Made by a program: the position numbers and the translations under genes. The notes beneath the pieces were generated by a model. The model saw only the letters and a program-made list of their open reading frames with translations. It was not told where the DNA came from and searched no databases. Shown here one piece after another: positions 46,714-55,322 of a DNA stretch of 64,000 bases (within the stretch, counting starts at the first letter, position 1; each line of letters begins with the position of its first letter). Source of the stretch: Candidatus Multivoradales bacterium (GTDB lineage Bacteria; Acidobacteriota; Thermoanaerobaculia; Multivoradales; JAHEKO01); contig CBDCVR010000014.1 of the NCBI GenBank assembly GCA_965223155.1, positions 640,001 through 704,000 of the forward strand. Reading direction: 5' to 3'.

Positions 46714-47027
46714 AGACACTTCCAAGAAACCTCGCCGGTGCCGGATTGACGGCGTTGCTGCTGGCGGCGGCTTTCGCCCTCGGGAACTCCGTCGGCGCCC
46801 AGGCCGAGGACTACCGCGTCGACCTGGCGGCGGTGGACTTCCATTACACCAACGGCGCCTTCTGGTTCTTTGACCGCCGGCAGGGCGATCTGTGGATCTA
46901 CGACGAGGAGCGGCGCCAGCCGCTCTGGCATCTCAAGATCACTCAGCTGGGCGCTCCGCTCGAGCAAATCGCATTGGAAGCGCTGGGCGAGCCGCCTGCC
47001 GCCAAGACCGCGTCGCCTGATCGCTAG
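46710..47027 (+). CDS. Small secreted hypothetical protein
   Basis: AAGGAG RBS, ATGA overlap with the Lgt stop, signal peptide ending AQA, and FWFFDRRQGDLWIYD. Confidence 0.7.
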   Translation: MKTLPRNLAGAGLTALLLAAAFALGNSVGAQAEDYRVDLAAVDFHYTNGAFWFFDRRQGDLWIYDEERRQPLWHLKITQLGAPLEQIALEALGEPPAAKTASPDR

Positions 47028-47133
47028 CGGCAGATCCAGCGCTCCGGACCCGGTCAGGTGTCCGGCAGGCGCTCCAAGTTTGGTCCCAAAGTCCCATTTC
47101 AACCGGCCGCAAGTGCGGCCAAAGGAGGAAGAC

Positions 47134-47376
47134 ATGATGTACGTGGTGGTGGCGTTGTTGGTCGTCCTGGTGATCGAAGTCGCGATCCTCATTCAACGGG
47201 TTGGACGCAACGATGGCCTGCCTTGGCCGCCGTTCTCGGCGTTCCTGGATGGAGCCGATCTGCCCAAGATCTCGGAGGCGAAGACGCTGGCGCAGCAACT
47301 CGACTACGCGGGCTGCGCCGCGGCCTACACGTTGATGCTGGCGCGCCGAGATCGGTCTTCGGGCCATCCGTCCTGA
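47134..47376 (+). CDS. Small protein with N-terminal TM helix
   Basis: AAAGGAGG RBS; MMYVVVALLVVLVIEVAILIQ. Confidence 0.55.
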   Translation: MMYVVVALLVVLVIEVAILIQRVGRNDGLPWPPFSAFLDGADLPKISEAKTLAQQLDYAGCAAAYTLMLARRDRSSGHPS

Positions 47377-47422
47377 AGCTCGCGCCCTGGTCCTAGCACC
47401 CGGCGCTCACCAGAGCCGGACC

Positions 47423-47453
47423 GGCCGGCGAGAACACTAGGTTCTCGCCGGCC
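47423..47453. terminator. Perfect 13-bp hairpin between convergent transcription units
   Basis: ggccggcgagaac-actag-gttctcgccggcc; no U-tract. Confidence 0.55.
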
Positions 47454-47518
47454 TGGCTCACCCTGCGGGCCGAGACTCGGCGGCCGACGTTCGCGGTAGG
47501 GCCACCGGCGAGCAAAGG

Positions 47519-48601
47519 TCAGCCGTTGCGCCCGGCGAAGTCGCCCAGGAACTCGGCCAGGGCCTCGACCGACTCGGGAGTCACCGCGTTATAGATCGAG
47601 GCCCGGATGCCGCCCACCGACCGGTGTCCCTTGAGGCCCTCGAAGCCCTGGGCCGAAGCCTCTCCCAAGAACCGGGCCTCGAGCTCCACGCTCGCCAGCC
47701 GGAAGGTGACGTTCATGAGCGACCGATCGCGGAGTTCAGCGTGCCCCCGGTAGAAGCCGTCGGCCGAGTCGATCGCCGAGTACAGGCGCTCGGCCTTGGC
47801 CTCGTTCCGGCGCGCCATCGCTTCGACACCGCCCAGACCCTCGAGCCAACCCAGGACCAAATTCATCACGTAGATCGCAAAGACCGGAGGCGTGTTGAGA
47901 AGCGATCGTTTGGCCGCCAGCGCCCGGTAGCTCAGCATGTCGGGAAGATCCGTGCTGGCCCGCTCGAGGCAGCTCTTCCGCACGACCACGGCGGTTACCC
48001 CCGCGGGACCCAGGTTCTTCTGCGCCCCGGCATACAGGAGGTCGATCCTCTTCAGATCGAGGGGCCGGCACAGAATGTCGGAGGAGACGTCGGCGATCAG
48101 CCGCGGCGCACCTTCCGGAAGACTGTGCCACTGGGTCCCGAACAGGGTGTTGTTGCTGGTCAGGTGGAGGTAGTGGTCCGCGGGATCGACCCGGTAGTCG
48201 GCGGCAGCCGGCAACGCCCGGTAGCCGTCTTTCTTGCCGTCCCAGCAGGCCGTCGCGCGGGCGACCCGGCCGGCCGCCTCGCAGGCGAGCTCGGCCCAGC
48301 GGCCGGTCACCAGATACGAGGCCGACTCGCCTTCGTGGAGGAGGTTCATGGGCACGAGCGTGAACTGGGTGCGGGCGCCGCCGCCCACGAAAAGAGCGTC
48401 GAAGTCGTCTTCCGCACCCAGGAGCCGGAGCAGCCGGGCTCGGGCCTGTTCGTGGACTTCGTCGTAGGCTGGGCTCCGGTGGCTGAGCTCGAGCATGGAC
48501 CGGCCCGTGTCCCGGTACTCCAGAAGCTCGGCTTCGACCGTATCGAGCACTTCCCGGGGCAGCGCCGCAGGGCCGGCCGAGAAGTTGTGAACCCGAGCCA
48601 T
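47519..48601 (-). CDS. serC: Phosphoserine aminotransferase
   Basis: HNFSAGPAALP, ELSHRS, YAGAQKNLGPAG, NTPP and GHRSVGGIRASIYNA. Confidence 0.96.
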   Translation of the reverse strand: MARVHNFSAGPAALPREVLDTVEAELLEYRDTGRSMLELSHRSPAYDEVHEQARARLLRLLGAEDDFDALFVGGGARTQFTLVPMNLLHEGESASYLVTGRWAELACEAAGRVARATACWDGKKDGYRALPAAADYRVDPADHYLHLTSNNTLFGTQWHSLPEGAPRLIADVSSDILCRPLDLKRIDLLYAGAQKNLGPAGVTAVVVRKSCLERASTDLPDMLSYRALAAKRSLLNTPPVFAIYVMNLVLGWLEGLGGVEAMARRNEAKAERLYSAIDSADGFYRGHAELRDRSLMNVTFRLASVELEARFLGEASAQGFEGLKGHRSVGGIRASIYNAVTPESVEALAEFLGDFAGRNG

Positions 48602-48606
48602 CGCGC

Positions 48607-49971
48607 TTACTCCGTTGCTTCGAGTGGAACCTGGACGAGCTTCCCCGCCAGCCGGTCGCGAATCCATTTGGCGTCCCACCATTCGACCGGGCTCACCGCC
48701 CGACCTCCCAGAAGCATGGTGAAGTGCAGATGGTCGCCGGCGGCGAGACCGGTCTCGCCCGTGCGCCCGAGGGTCTGGCCGCGCTCGACAGCGTCGCCCA
48801 CCGAGACGTCGATCGATGACAGGTGTCCGTACAGGCTCATCAGCCCGTAGCCGTGGTCGAGGACCACAGCGTTGCCGTAGATCCCGAAGTACCGCGCCAG
48901 AACCACCACTCCGGAGTTGGCCGCCGGTACCGGCGCGTGCTTGACCGACGCCAAGTCGAAGCCCAGGTGGTCCTGCTGGTCGATGAGCTCGTCTCCGTGG
49001 AAATAGGACCGGCGGTCGGCGAACGACGACATGACCTGGGCGTTGGGCAGCGAAACGAACGCACCGCGCCACAAGAACTCGGGCCGGCTGCTCGCGGCCA
49101 GACGATCCAGCTCGGCGGCGTTGTCCGCGCGTAGCCCGCGATTGATCGAGACGTAGCTGGCAACTAGGTTGTCGCCTCGCGGCCATCCCGGCGTATTGGC
49201 CAGAATCTCGGGCACCACCGACTCCATGAAGCGCTCCGAGACCTCGATCCGGTCGGTTTCGTACGGCCGCTCCAGCAGCCGGTCCACGAAGGCCCGTTCG
49301 GCCCGATTGCCGACCGCGTCCTCGGCCACCAACCGGATCTCGGCGGCGTTCTCGAAGTCGAAGGGAACCGCAAAGAGGGCGAAGCGCCGGCCCGCCGGTC
49401 CACCCGGGACGTCCTGGCCGGGGAAAAAGGCACCAGCGACCTCCACTCCATCCCTATTCGCACTGGGACCCACGGCGTAGACGACCATTTCGCTGCCGCC
49501 CTGAGCCGGATAGTGCAGGCTCGAGACCACGCCCAAGGTCGGCGGGGTCAGCAGCACCGGCAGCTCGAGCTCCACCGTCCTTGGCGTACCCTTGCGCAAC
49601 CAGGCCGGCGGCGGCACGGCGCGGGCACGCAGGGTCGCGGCTCCCTCGCGCAGGCCCGATCCCACCGCGTCTGCCCCAGTTTCTACGGCGAAGCGGTCTT
49701 CGAGCGGCCGCTCGCCCCAGAACGCCCACGGCGGCCGCGCGGGGTATTCGCGCTCGGCGAGCGGCCAGACCGTGCCTCCCTGTTCGAGCTCGACCTCGAT
49801 CCGGCCCAGCCCGCGGCCGCTGCCGGCCAGCACGATCTCGGCCGCGGTCGAGCGGCCGATCCCGGCCGTCTCGGGCAGGATCTCGATCCGTGGGGCCTCC
49901 CCAGCTCGCAGAGCAGCAAGAGCCAGGACGACGAGTGCCCCCAGAAAGGCAGCGTAGAGAAGTTTGCGCAT
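48607..49971 (-). CDS. M23 family metallopeptidase
   Basis: HLGFD, YGHLS and HLHF motifs; N-terminal TM or signal peptide. Confidence 0.9.
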   Translation of the reverse strand: MRKLLYAAFLGALVVLALAALRAGEAPRIEILPETAGIGRSTAAEIVLAGSGRGLGRIEVELEQGGTVWPLAEREYPARPPWAFWGERPLEDRFAVETGADAVGSGLREGAATLRARAVPPPAWLRKGTPRTVELELPVLLTPPTLGVVSSLHYPAQGGSEMVVYAVGPSANRDGVEVAGAFFPGQDVPGGPAGRRFALFAVPFDFENAAEIRLVAEDAVGNRAERAFVDRLLERPYETDRIEVSERFMESVVPEILANTPGWPRGDNLVASYVSINRGLRADNAAELDRLAASSRPEFLWRGAFVSLPNAQVMSSFADRRSYFHGDELIDQQDHLGFDLASVKHAPVPAANSGVVVLARYFGIYGNAVVLDHGYGLMSLYGHLSSIDVSVGDAVERGQTLGRTGETGLAAGDHLHFTMLLGGRAVSPVEWWDAKWIRDRLAGKLVQVPLEATE

Positions 49972-50202
49972 TGGCAGCCAGGATTCGTGCCTGTGGATCC
50001 GACGGCGGACTCGACAGCGGATCCGGCAGCGGGCAGAGAATAGCAGCGTCCGATGGACCCTGGTCGGATCTTTCCCACCCCGAACTTTCCGCGCAGCGCA
50101 AGCACGGGACCGCCGTCACGCCGGCCTCCTGCCCGGCTCTTCGGACTCCCAGATTCGGGCGATTCTTCCCGCCACGGCCCCCTATCGGACCGTGATGTCG
50201 AA

Positions 50203-50748
50203 CTAGCTCTCGCCCGTCGCCTCGGAACGCTCGAGCGCCTGCATTACGGCCCGCTTGTCCGAATAGCGGGCCCGCACCCCGACGTACTCGCGATGGGTGA
50301 AGCCCAGTTCGCTCGCGATCTGCCGCACCTGTGCCTCCTCGGCGGCCGAGATGGTGTCGTCCGCGGCCGAAACCGCAAACAGGCAATCCAGCAGATGCTC
50401 CTTCTGCTCACGGCTCGCGATGGACGCGAACTCCCTGGTGACGAGGAAGTTTTCGGTGCCGCCGAAGAGCTCGTTCTGACTCTTGGCGATCTGGACGACC
50501 AGGATCGCTTCATCCTCACCGAGCTCGCCGAAGCGGGCGACGGCCCGTTCCATGACCCGGGTCTCGTCCACCGAGATGTGGTGATCGGCGTGCGCGACCC
50601 GGCCCAGAACGTAGGCAAAGGCGGCCACATAGCGCGCCTCGTCGGGAGACATCGCCTCGAGCTCGGCCACGATCCGGCGCACGGTCGCGGTGTCGCCGGC
50701 GGCCGGCGCTTCAGGAGCTTGAGAGCCGAAGAGCTTCTGCCACACCAT
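50203..50748 (-). CDS. TerB family protein
   Basis: RVAHADHHISVDE and VSAADDTISAAE TerB-type repeats. Confidence 0.8.
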   Translation of the reverse strand: MVWQKLFGSQAPEAPAAGDTATVRRIVAELEAMSPDEARYVAAFAYVLGRVAHADHHISVDETRVMERAVARFGELGEDEAILVVQIAKSQNELFGGTENFLVTREFASIASREQKEHLLDCLFAVSAADDTISAAEEAQVRQIASELGFTHREYVGVRARYSDKRAVMQALERSEATGES

Positions 50749-50869
50749 GGGCCAAGACTATCGTCCCGGCCTGGCCTGAACCGAACCGGCCTGGCCTTCA
50801 TTCGGAGCCGGATCGAGAGACGGGCGTGGCCGCGAACCGACGAGGCCGGGCCGGCGGTACAATCCGTCG

Positions 50870-52213
50870 ATGCCCGGCCGCCAGCTTGCTCAGCACCCCC
50901 GCTACGAACGAGGCGCCTTGGCCCCCCCGGGGCCCTCGTGGTGTCTGCTTCCCTACCTGGCAGCCTTCCTCATCTGCTTGGCGTGCTCCCCGGCGCCGAC
51001 GACGATCGAGGCCCCTAGTGCGACGGACCTGGCCGGGGTCTGGCGCGGAGTCCTCGAATCCCCCGGAGGCGAGCTGCCCTTCGCACTCGAGGTCGTCCAG
51101 CGAAGCGAGGGACTGGCAGCCGTGGTCAGCAACGGCGAGGAGCGGGCACCAGTCAGCTCGGTCACGATGGCCGGCCGATCGGTGCGATTCGCCTTCGCCG
51201 GCTACGACGCCGTTCTCGAGGCGGAGTTGGACGGGGCGGGAGCCACCATGAGCGGCACCTGGAGCAAACTCAAGCCCGAAGGGTACTCCCGCCTCCCGTT
51301 TCGCGCCGCCAAGGGCCAAGCTCACCGCTTCGGGCCGGACCCGGAGCCGGAAGGGTCCGAGACCCCTCCCGTGGACTTCAGCGGCATCTGGGCCGTGACC
51401 TTTCGGGACTCAGACGGCGAGGATCCTGCCCGCGGCGAGTTTCGCCAAGACGGAAACCGAGTCCTCGGCACCTTTCTGACGCCCACCGGCGACTACCGGT
51501 ACCTGGACGGCCGAGCCGACGGGCCGCGCCTACGGTTATCGACCTTCGATGGGGCTCACGCCTTCCTGTTCGACGCCAGGCTGGGCGAGGACGGGACCCT
51601 GGCGGGTGATTTCTGGTCGCGCGATTCCTACCACGCGACCTGGATCGCCCGGCGCATACCGTCTGAAGAGACCGTCTTGCCGGACGCTTGGAGCCTGGTG
51701 GGACTGACCAACGACGAAGGCCGCTTCCGATTCTCGTTCCCGGATCTCGAGGGCCAGCCTCTGTCCCTCGAGGATCCCCGCTTCGCCGGCAAGGTCGTGC
51801 TGGTCAATCTATTCGGAACCTGGTGCCCAAACTGCAACGACAAGGCTCCGCTTCTGGGCGAGTGGTACCGCGGCTACCGAGACCGCGGCCTCGAGATCGT
51901 GGGCCTGGCGTACGAGTACACGGGCGATTCCGTCCGGGACGGCCGGCAGGTGCGCCGCTTCGCCGAGCGGCACGGCATCGACTACCCGCTGCTCCTGGCG
52001 GGCCTGTCGGACAAGGCCCAGGCCGCCGCGACGCTGGCCGATCTGGATCGAGTGGTGGCCTTCCCTACCACGGTCTTCATCGGCCGGGACGGCCGCGTCC
52101 GCCGCATCCACAGCGGCTTTTCGGGTCCGGGCACCGGCGAGCACTACTTGCGGCTGAAGGCCGAGCTCGAGGCCACGATCGAAGAGCTGCTGGCCGAAAG
52201 CGCTCCGGCATAG
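50870..52213 (+). CDS. TlpA-family thioredoxin-like lipoprotein with N-terminal beta domains
   Basis: GKVVLVNLFGTWCPNC, AFPTTVFIGRDG and lipobox-like LAC. Confidence 0.85.
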   Translation: MPGRQLAQHPRYERGALAPPGPSWCLLPYLAAFLICLACSPAPTTIEAPSATDLAGVWRGVLESPGGELPFALEVVQRSEGLAAVVSNGEERAPVSSVTMAGRSVRFAFAGYDAVLEAELDGAGATMSGTWSKLKPEGYSRLPFRAAKGQAHRFGPDPEPEGSETPPVDFSGIWAVTFRDSDGEDPARGEFRQDGNRVLGTFLTPTGDYRYLDGRADGPRLRLSTFDGAHAFLFDARLGEDGTLAGDFWSRDSYHATWIARRIPSEETVLPDAWSLVGLTNDEGRFRFSFPDLEGQPLSLEDPRFAGKVVLVNLFGTWCPNCNDKAPLLGEWYRGYRDRGLEIVGLAYEYTGDSVRDGRQVRRFAERHGIDYPLLLAGLSDKAQAAATLADLDRVVAFPTTVFIGRDGRVRRIHSGFSGPGTGEHYLRLKAELEATIEELLAESAPA

Positions 52214-52309
52214 TCCGATTGCGGCGGGCTCGTCTGCTTGCCGCACGGCCTTCGCGGCGACAGGCCGCTCGGCAACGTGCGGCCTTGCGGGAGCAGGCGG
52301 TGAGACCAG

Positions 52310-55300
52310 CTAGCGATAGTACCCGGCCAAGGTACGCGCCCGGTGGCGCCCACCCCGCACCTCGACCCGCACGTCGCGCCAGCGGTCGTCGCCGCTCTCG
52401 CGTACGTAGTAGCCGAGCAGGTACTGGCTCCTCAGCTCGCGGTTGATGTCCGCGTAGATCCCGTCCAAGTCCTCCCCGACTCGAGTCAGAAAGACCCGGC
52501 CGCCAACCGAGCGCACCAGGCCTTCGAGCCGGTTCATGAACCCCCGGTTGGTCAGCCCCTTGCCCTGGGTGCGGAAGATCTCGTCGTTCGAGACGATGAC
52601 GTAGACCGGCACGCCGACCCGGCGGGCGAAGCGAAGGCAGGTCTTGTACGAGAAGTCCGGGTCCTCGTCGGCGCCGTCCGAATAGACGATCAGCGCCTTC
52701 TTGCCCGGCACCCCCTGGAGCTGGACCAGCGAATAGACGATGCCCTTCCAAATCTCGGTCTTGCCCTCCGGCTCCAACCGCCCAAGCGAGCGCTCGACGC
52801 CGGACAGATCCCGGCTGGTGTCGTGGACAAGCTCCGGACCGCCGCCGAATCGCACCACGAATGCCCGATCCTGCGGCGCGCTGAGCGCCTGGACGAACCC
52901 GGCCGCGGCGCGCTGGACGTCCGGAAGCTTGACGAACATGGAGGCCGACGAGTCCACCGCCAGACCGACGGTCAGCGGCAGGTCCCCGGCCTCGGAAAAC
53001 GTCGCGACCTCCTGCTCGACTCCATCTTCGAAGACCCGGAATCGATCGGCGGCGAGCCCGGTGACCGGACGGCCTCGACCGTCGGTGACCACGGTGTAGA
53101 GCTCGATCAGCTCGACCCGGACCCGCTCGCTGCCGCCGGGGCTGTTGACGAAGAGCACGTCTTCAGTCTGGGAGCCGTCCCGCAGAGTGGCGACCACCCG
53201 AAAGAAACCGGAGGGGCCGTCCTGGGGCAGTACGTAGCGCTGCGCGTACGGCGGCGCGAAGCGGGTCGCGAACCGGGACTCGTTCCAGAAAAACTCCGCC
53301 CGCTCCATCTCGGCGCCGCGCGGCATCTCGATCGAGGCTCGCACTTCGACCGCGCCGGTCAGCGGCGCCCCGGGCCGGCCGGCCTCGGAGGGACTCACGA
53401 TACGCACGCGGAATGTGCCTGTGCCGGCGTTCAGGATGAGGCGGTCGCGGCCTAGCTCCCCTCCCGCCGCGTCAAAGGCCACGGCCTCGACCCGCCGCCG
53501 CTCCGGATAGCGGCCCAGCACCACCGACACCGAATAGGGCGGCGAGCTCCGGGTTTCCTCGAGCTCTCCGTCCAGAAAGAACTCCACCCGGGCCACGTCC
53601 GGGGACAGCACGGTATCGACGCGCGTCCGGCCCACGGCCAGGGGCTCGCGCGGCGCCAGGAGATGGATCGCTCGCGGAGCCGGCAGAAAGCCGCCAAAGG
53701 CGCCGTCCCCGGCGGCGTCGGAAACCAGGCTCGCGAAGTTCCCGCCCCAGCGCCCGGTAGCCGGATCCTCGACAATGACCAGAAGCGGCATGTCCGGATC
53801 GACTCCGGTGAGACCGGCCGGCAAGGGGAGCTCGAACGTGCCGCTTAAGGCGCCTGGCAGCGCGACCGCAATGCGCTCGGCCACGACCCGATCCTCGAAC
53901 ACCGCGACCGCGGTGGCGTTCAACCGCTCCAGCACGCGCGGCTCGGTCGCGCCGGCCTCGGCGGCGACCGCCACCTCGAGTCCTCCGACCTGCTCGGGTT
54001 CCGCCGCGGTCCCTGGAATGGCGGAGGCCGGCGCCAACGTGGCCTCGACCAGCAGGCCGCCATCCCCCAGATCACCATCCAAGAGGCTCCGGGCGCGAAG
54101 CTCGGCAACGAGGGGCGGCGAGCCCAAGCTCAGCCAGCGCTCAAACGGGCCGGACTCGGCATCGTGGACTTGAAGTCGGAGCGGCCGGCTCCAGACCTCG
54201 ACCGCCGTCTTGCCATCCAGCTCCACGGTACCCCGAGCCCTGCCCGCTACCGTGGCCACCGCCTCGGTCAGGGCTGCCTGGCTGTCGACGACCAGGCCGG
54301 CGGAGGGTCGCACCAGCTCTCCGGCCGCTCCGGCGGCATCGGCAAGCGCCGCCTCCGGCAAGCGCTCGCCCTTCTTGCCGAGGCGCTTCTTGAGCGCTTT
54401 CAGCACGTCAAAATCGGGCGTGAAGATCGTCCGATCGACCCGCCGCCCCCCTTCGAACACGGTCTCGACCCGCGCTCCACCTTCCTCCTCCTCGCCGGCC
54501 TCGGGCAACTCACGCTCACCCTCGGGCCGAAACGCAACCACCGTCCATCCCAAGGTCGAAAGCGCCCGCGAAACGTCTTCGATGGTCACCTCGAGCGGCC
54601 CTCTGGCCGTCGTGTCCACCGCCTCGTCGAGATCAACGGCCTCGAGCAGGCGCCGGTAGAAGCCCGCCGGATCAGGATCCAGATCCCCCCCGAGCCAGAT
54701 CAGGACGTTGCGCTCGAAACCGGCCCCGGCGCCGGCGTCCGCCGCCCACGCCACCAGCTGGCGGAGCTGAGAGCCGAGGAGCTCTCGCTCCTCGGCGACC
54801 GCCTCCCGAGCCAGCTCGCCGATCTCGGCAATTCTGCTCCCAGCGGTCGCCGAGACCAGGAAATGCTCGCTGTCGGCCGCTTCCTCCAACCGAGCCTCTT
54901 CCAGAAAGCGCTCCCGGATCGCCACTTGCCCGCCGTCGCCGGCCTGCCGGTGACTCATGAACTCCAAGGCCTCCCGGAGCCCCCGAGCGTCCGAGGAGTC
55001 GGCGATCGCTGTAACGACGCTTTCCTCGGCGGTGACGACACCCACCGGACCGTGGGCAACCAGGCCGTCGGCGGCCGCCGCCAGGACCCTGAGCCCGTTT
55101 CGAATCTGAAGCGAAGGTGTCAACCGACGATCCAGGTAGACCACGGTACGCACCGGAATCGGGCCGGCTTCGACGTCCCGCACCTCGACCGGACGTCCGG
55201 CCACCGTCGCCACGGGCGTCTCCCCTGCCACGAGCGCCGGCAGGTCGACACGAAGCGACTCGGCGCCGAGAGGCACGCCGACGAGCTGTACCGCGAGGAG

Positions 55301-55321
55301 AAGCCAGAGACCGGCCCGCAC
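52310..55321 (-). CDS. Secreted VWA-domain protein with Ig-like domains (acidobacterial VWFA type)
   Basis: TVVTDGRGRPVTGL...FRVFEDGVEQ, VDSSASM, YSDGAD and ELRSQYLLGY. GTG start at 55321 inferred from the signal peptide. Confidence 0.8.
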   Translation of the reverse strand: MRAGLWLLLAVQLVGVPLGAESLRVDLPALVAGETPVATVAGRPVEVRDVEAGPIPVRTVVYLDRRLTPSLQIRNGLRVLAAAADGLVAHGPVGVVTAEESVVTAIADSSDARGLREALEFMSHRQAGDGGQVAIRERFLEEARLEEAADSEHFLVSATAGSRIAEIGELAREAVAEERELLGSQLRQLVAWAADAGAGAGFERNVLIWLGGDLDPDPAGFYRRLLEAVDLDEAVDTTARGPLEVTIEDVSRALSTLGWTVVAFRPEGERELPEAGEEEEGGARVETVFEGGRRVDRTIFTPDFDVLKALKKRLGKKGERLPEAALADAAGAAGELVRPSAGLVVDSQAALTEAVATVAGRARGTVELDGKTAVEVWSRPLRLQVHDAESGPFERWLSLGSPPLVAELRARSLLDGDLGDGGLLVEATLAPASAIPGTAAEPEQVGGLEVAVAAEAGATEPRVLERLNATAVAVFEDRVVAERIAVALPGALSGTFELPLPAGLTGVDPDMPLLVIVEDPATGRWGGNFASLVSDAAGDGAFGGFLPAPRAIHLLAPREPLAVGRTRVDTVLSPDVARVEFFLDGELEETRSSPPYSVSVVLGRYPERRRVEAVAFDAAGGELGRDRLILNAGTGTFRVRIVSPSEAGRPGAPLTGAVEVRASIEMPRGAEMERAEFFWNESRFATRFAPPYAQRYVLPQDGPSGFFRVVATLRDGSQTEDVLFVNSPGGSERVRVELIELYTVVTDGRGRPVTGLAADRFRVFEDGVEQEVATFSEAGDLPLTVGLAVDSSASMFVKLPDVQRAAAGFVQALSAPQDRAFVVRFGGGPELVHDTSRDLSGVERSLGRLEPEGKTEIWKGIVYSLVQLQGVPGKKALIVYSDGADEDPDFSYKTCLRFARRVGVPVYVIVSNDEIFRTQGKGLTNRGFMNRLEGLVRSVGGRVFLTRVGEDLDGIYADINRELRSQYLLGYYVRESGDDRWRDVRVEVRGGRHRARTLAGYYR

Positions 55322-55322
55322 G

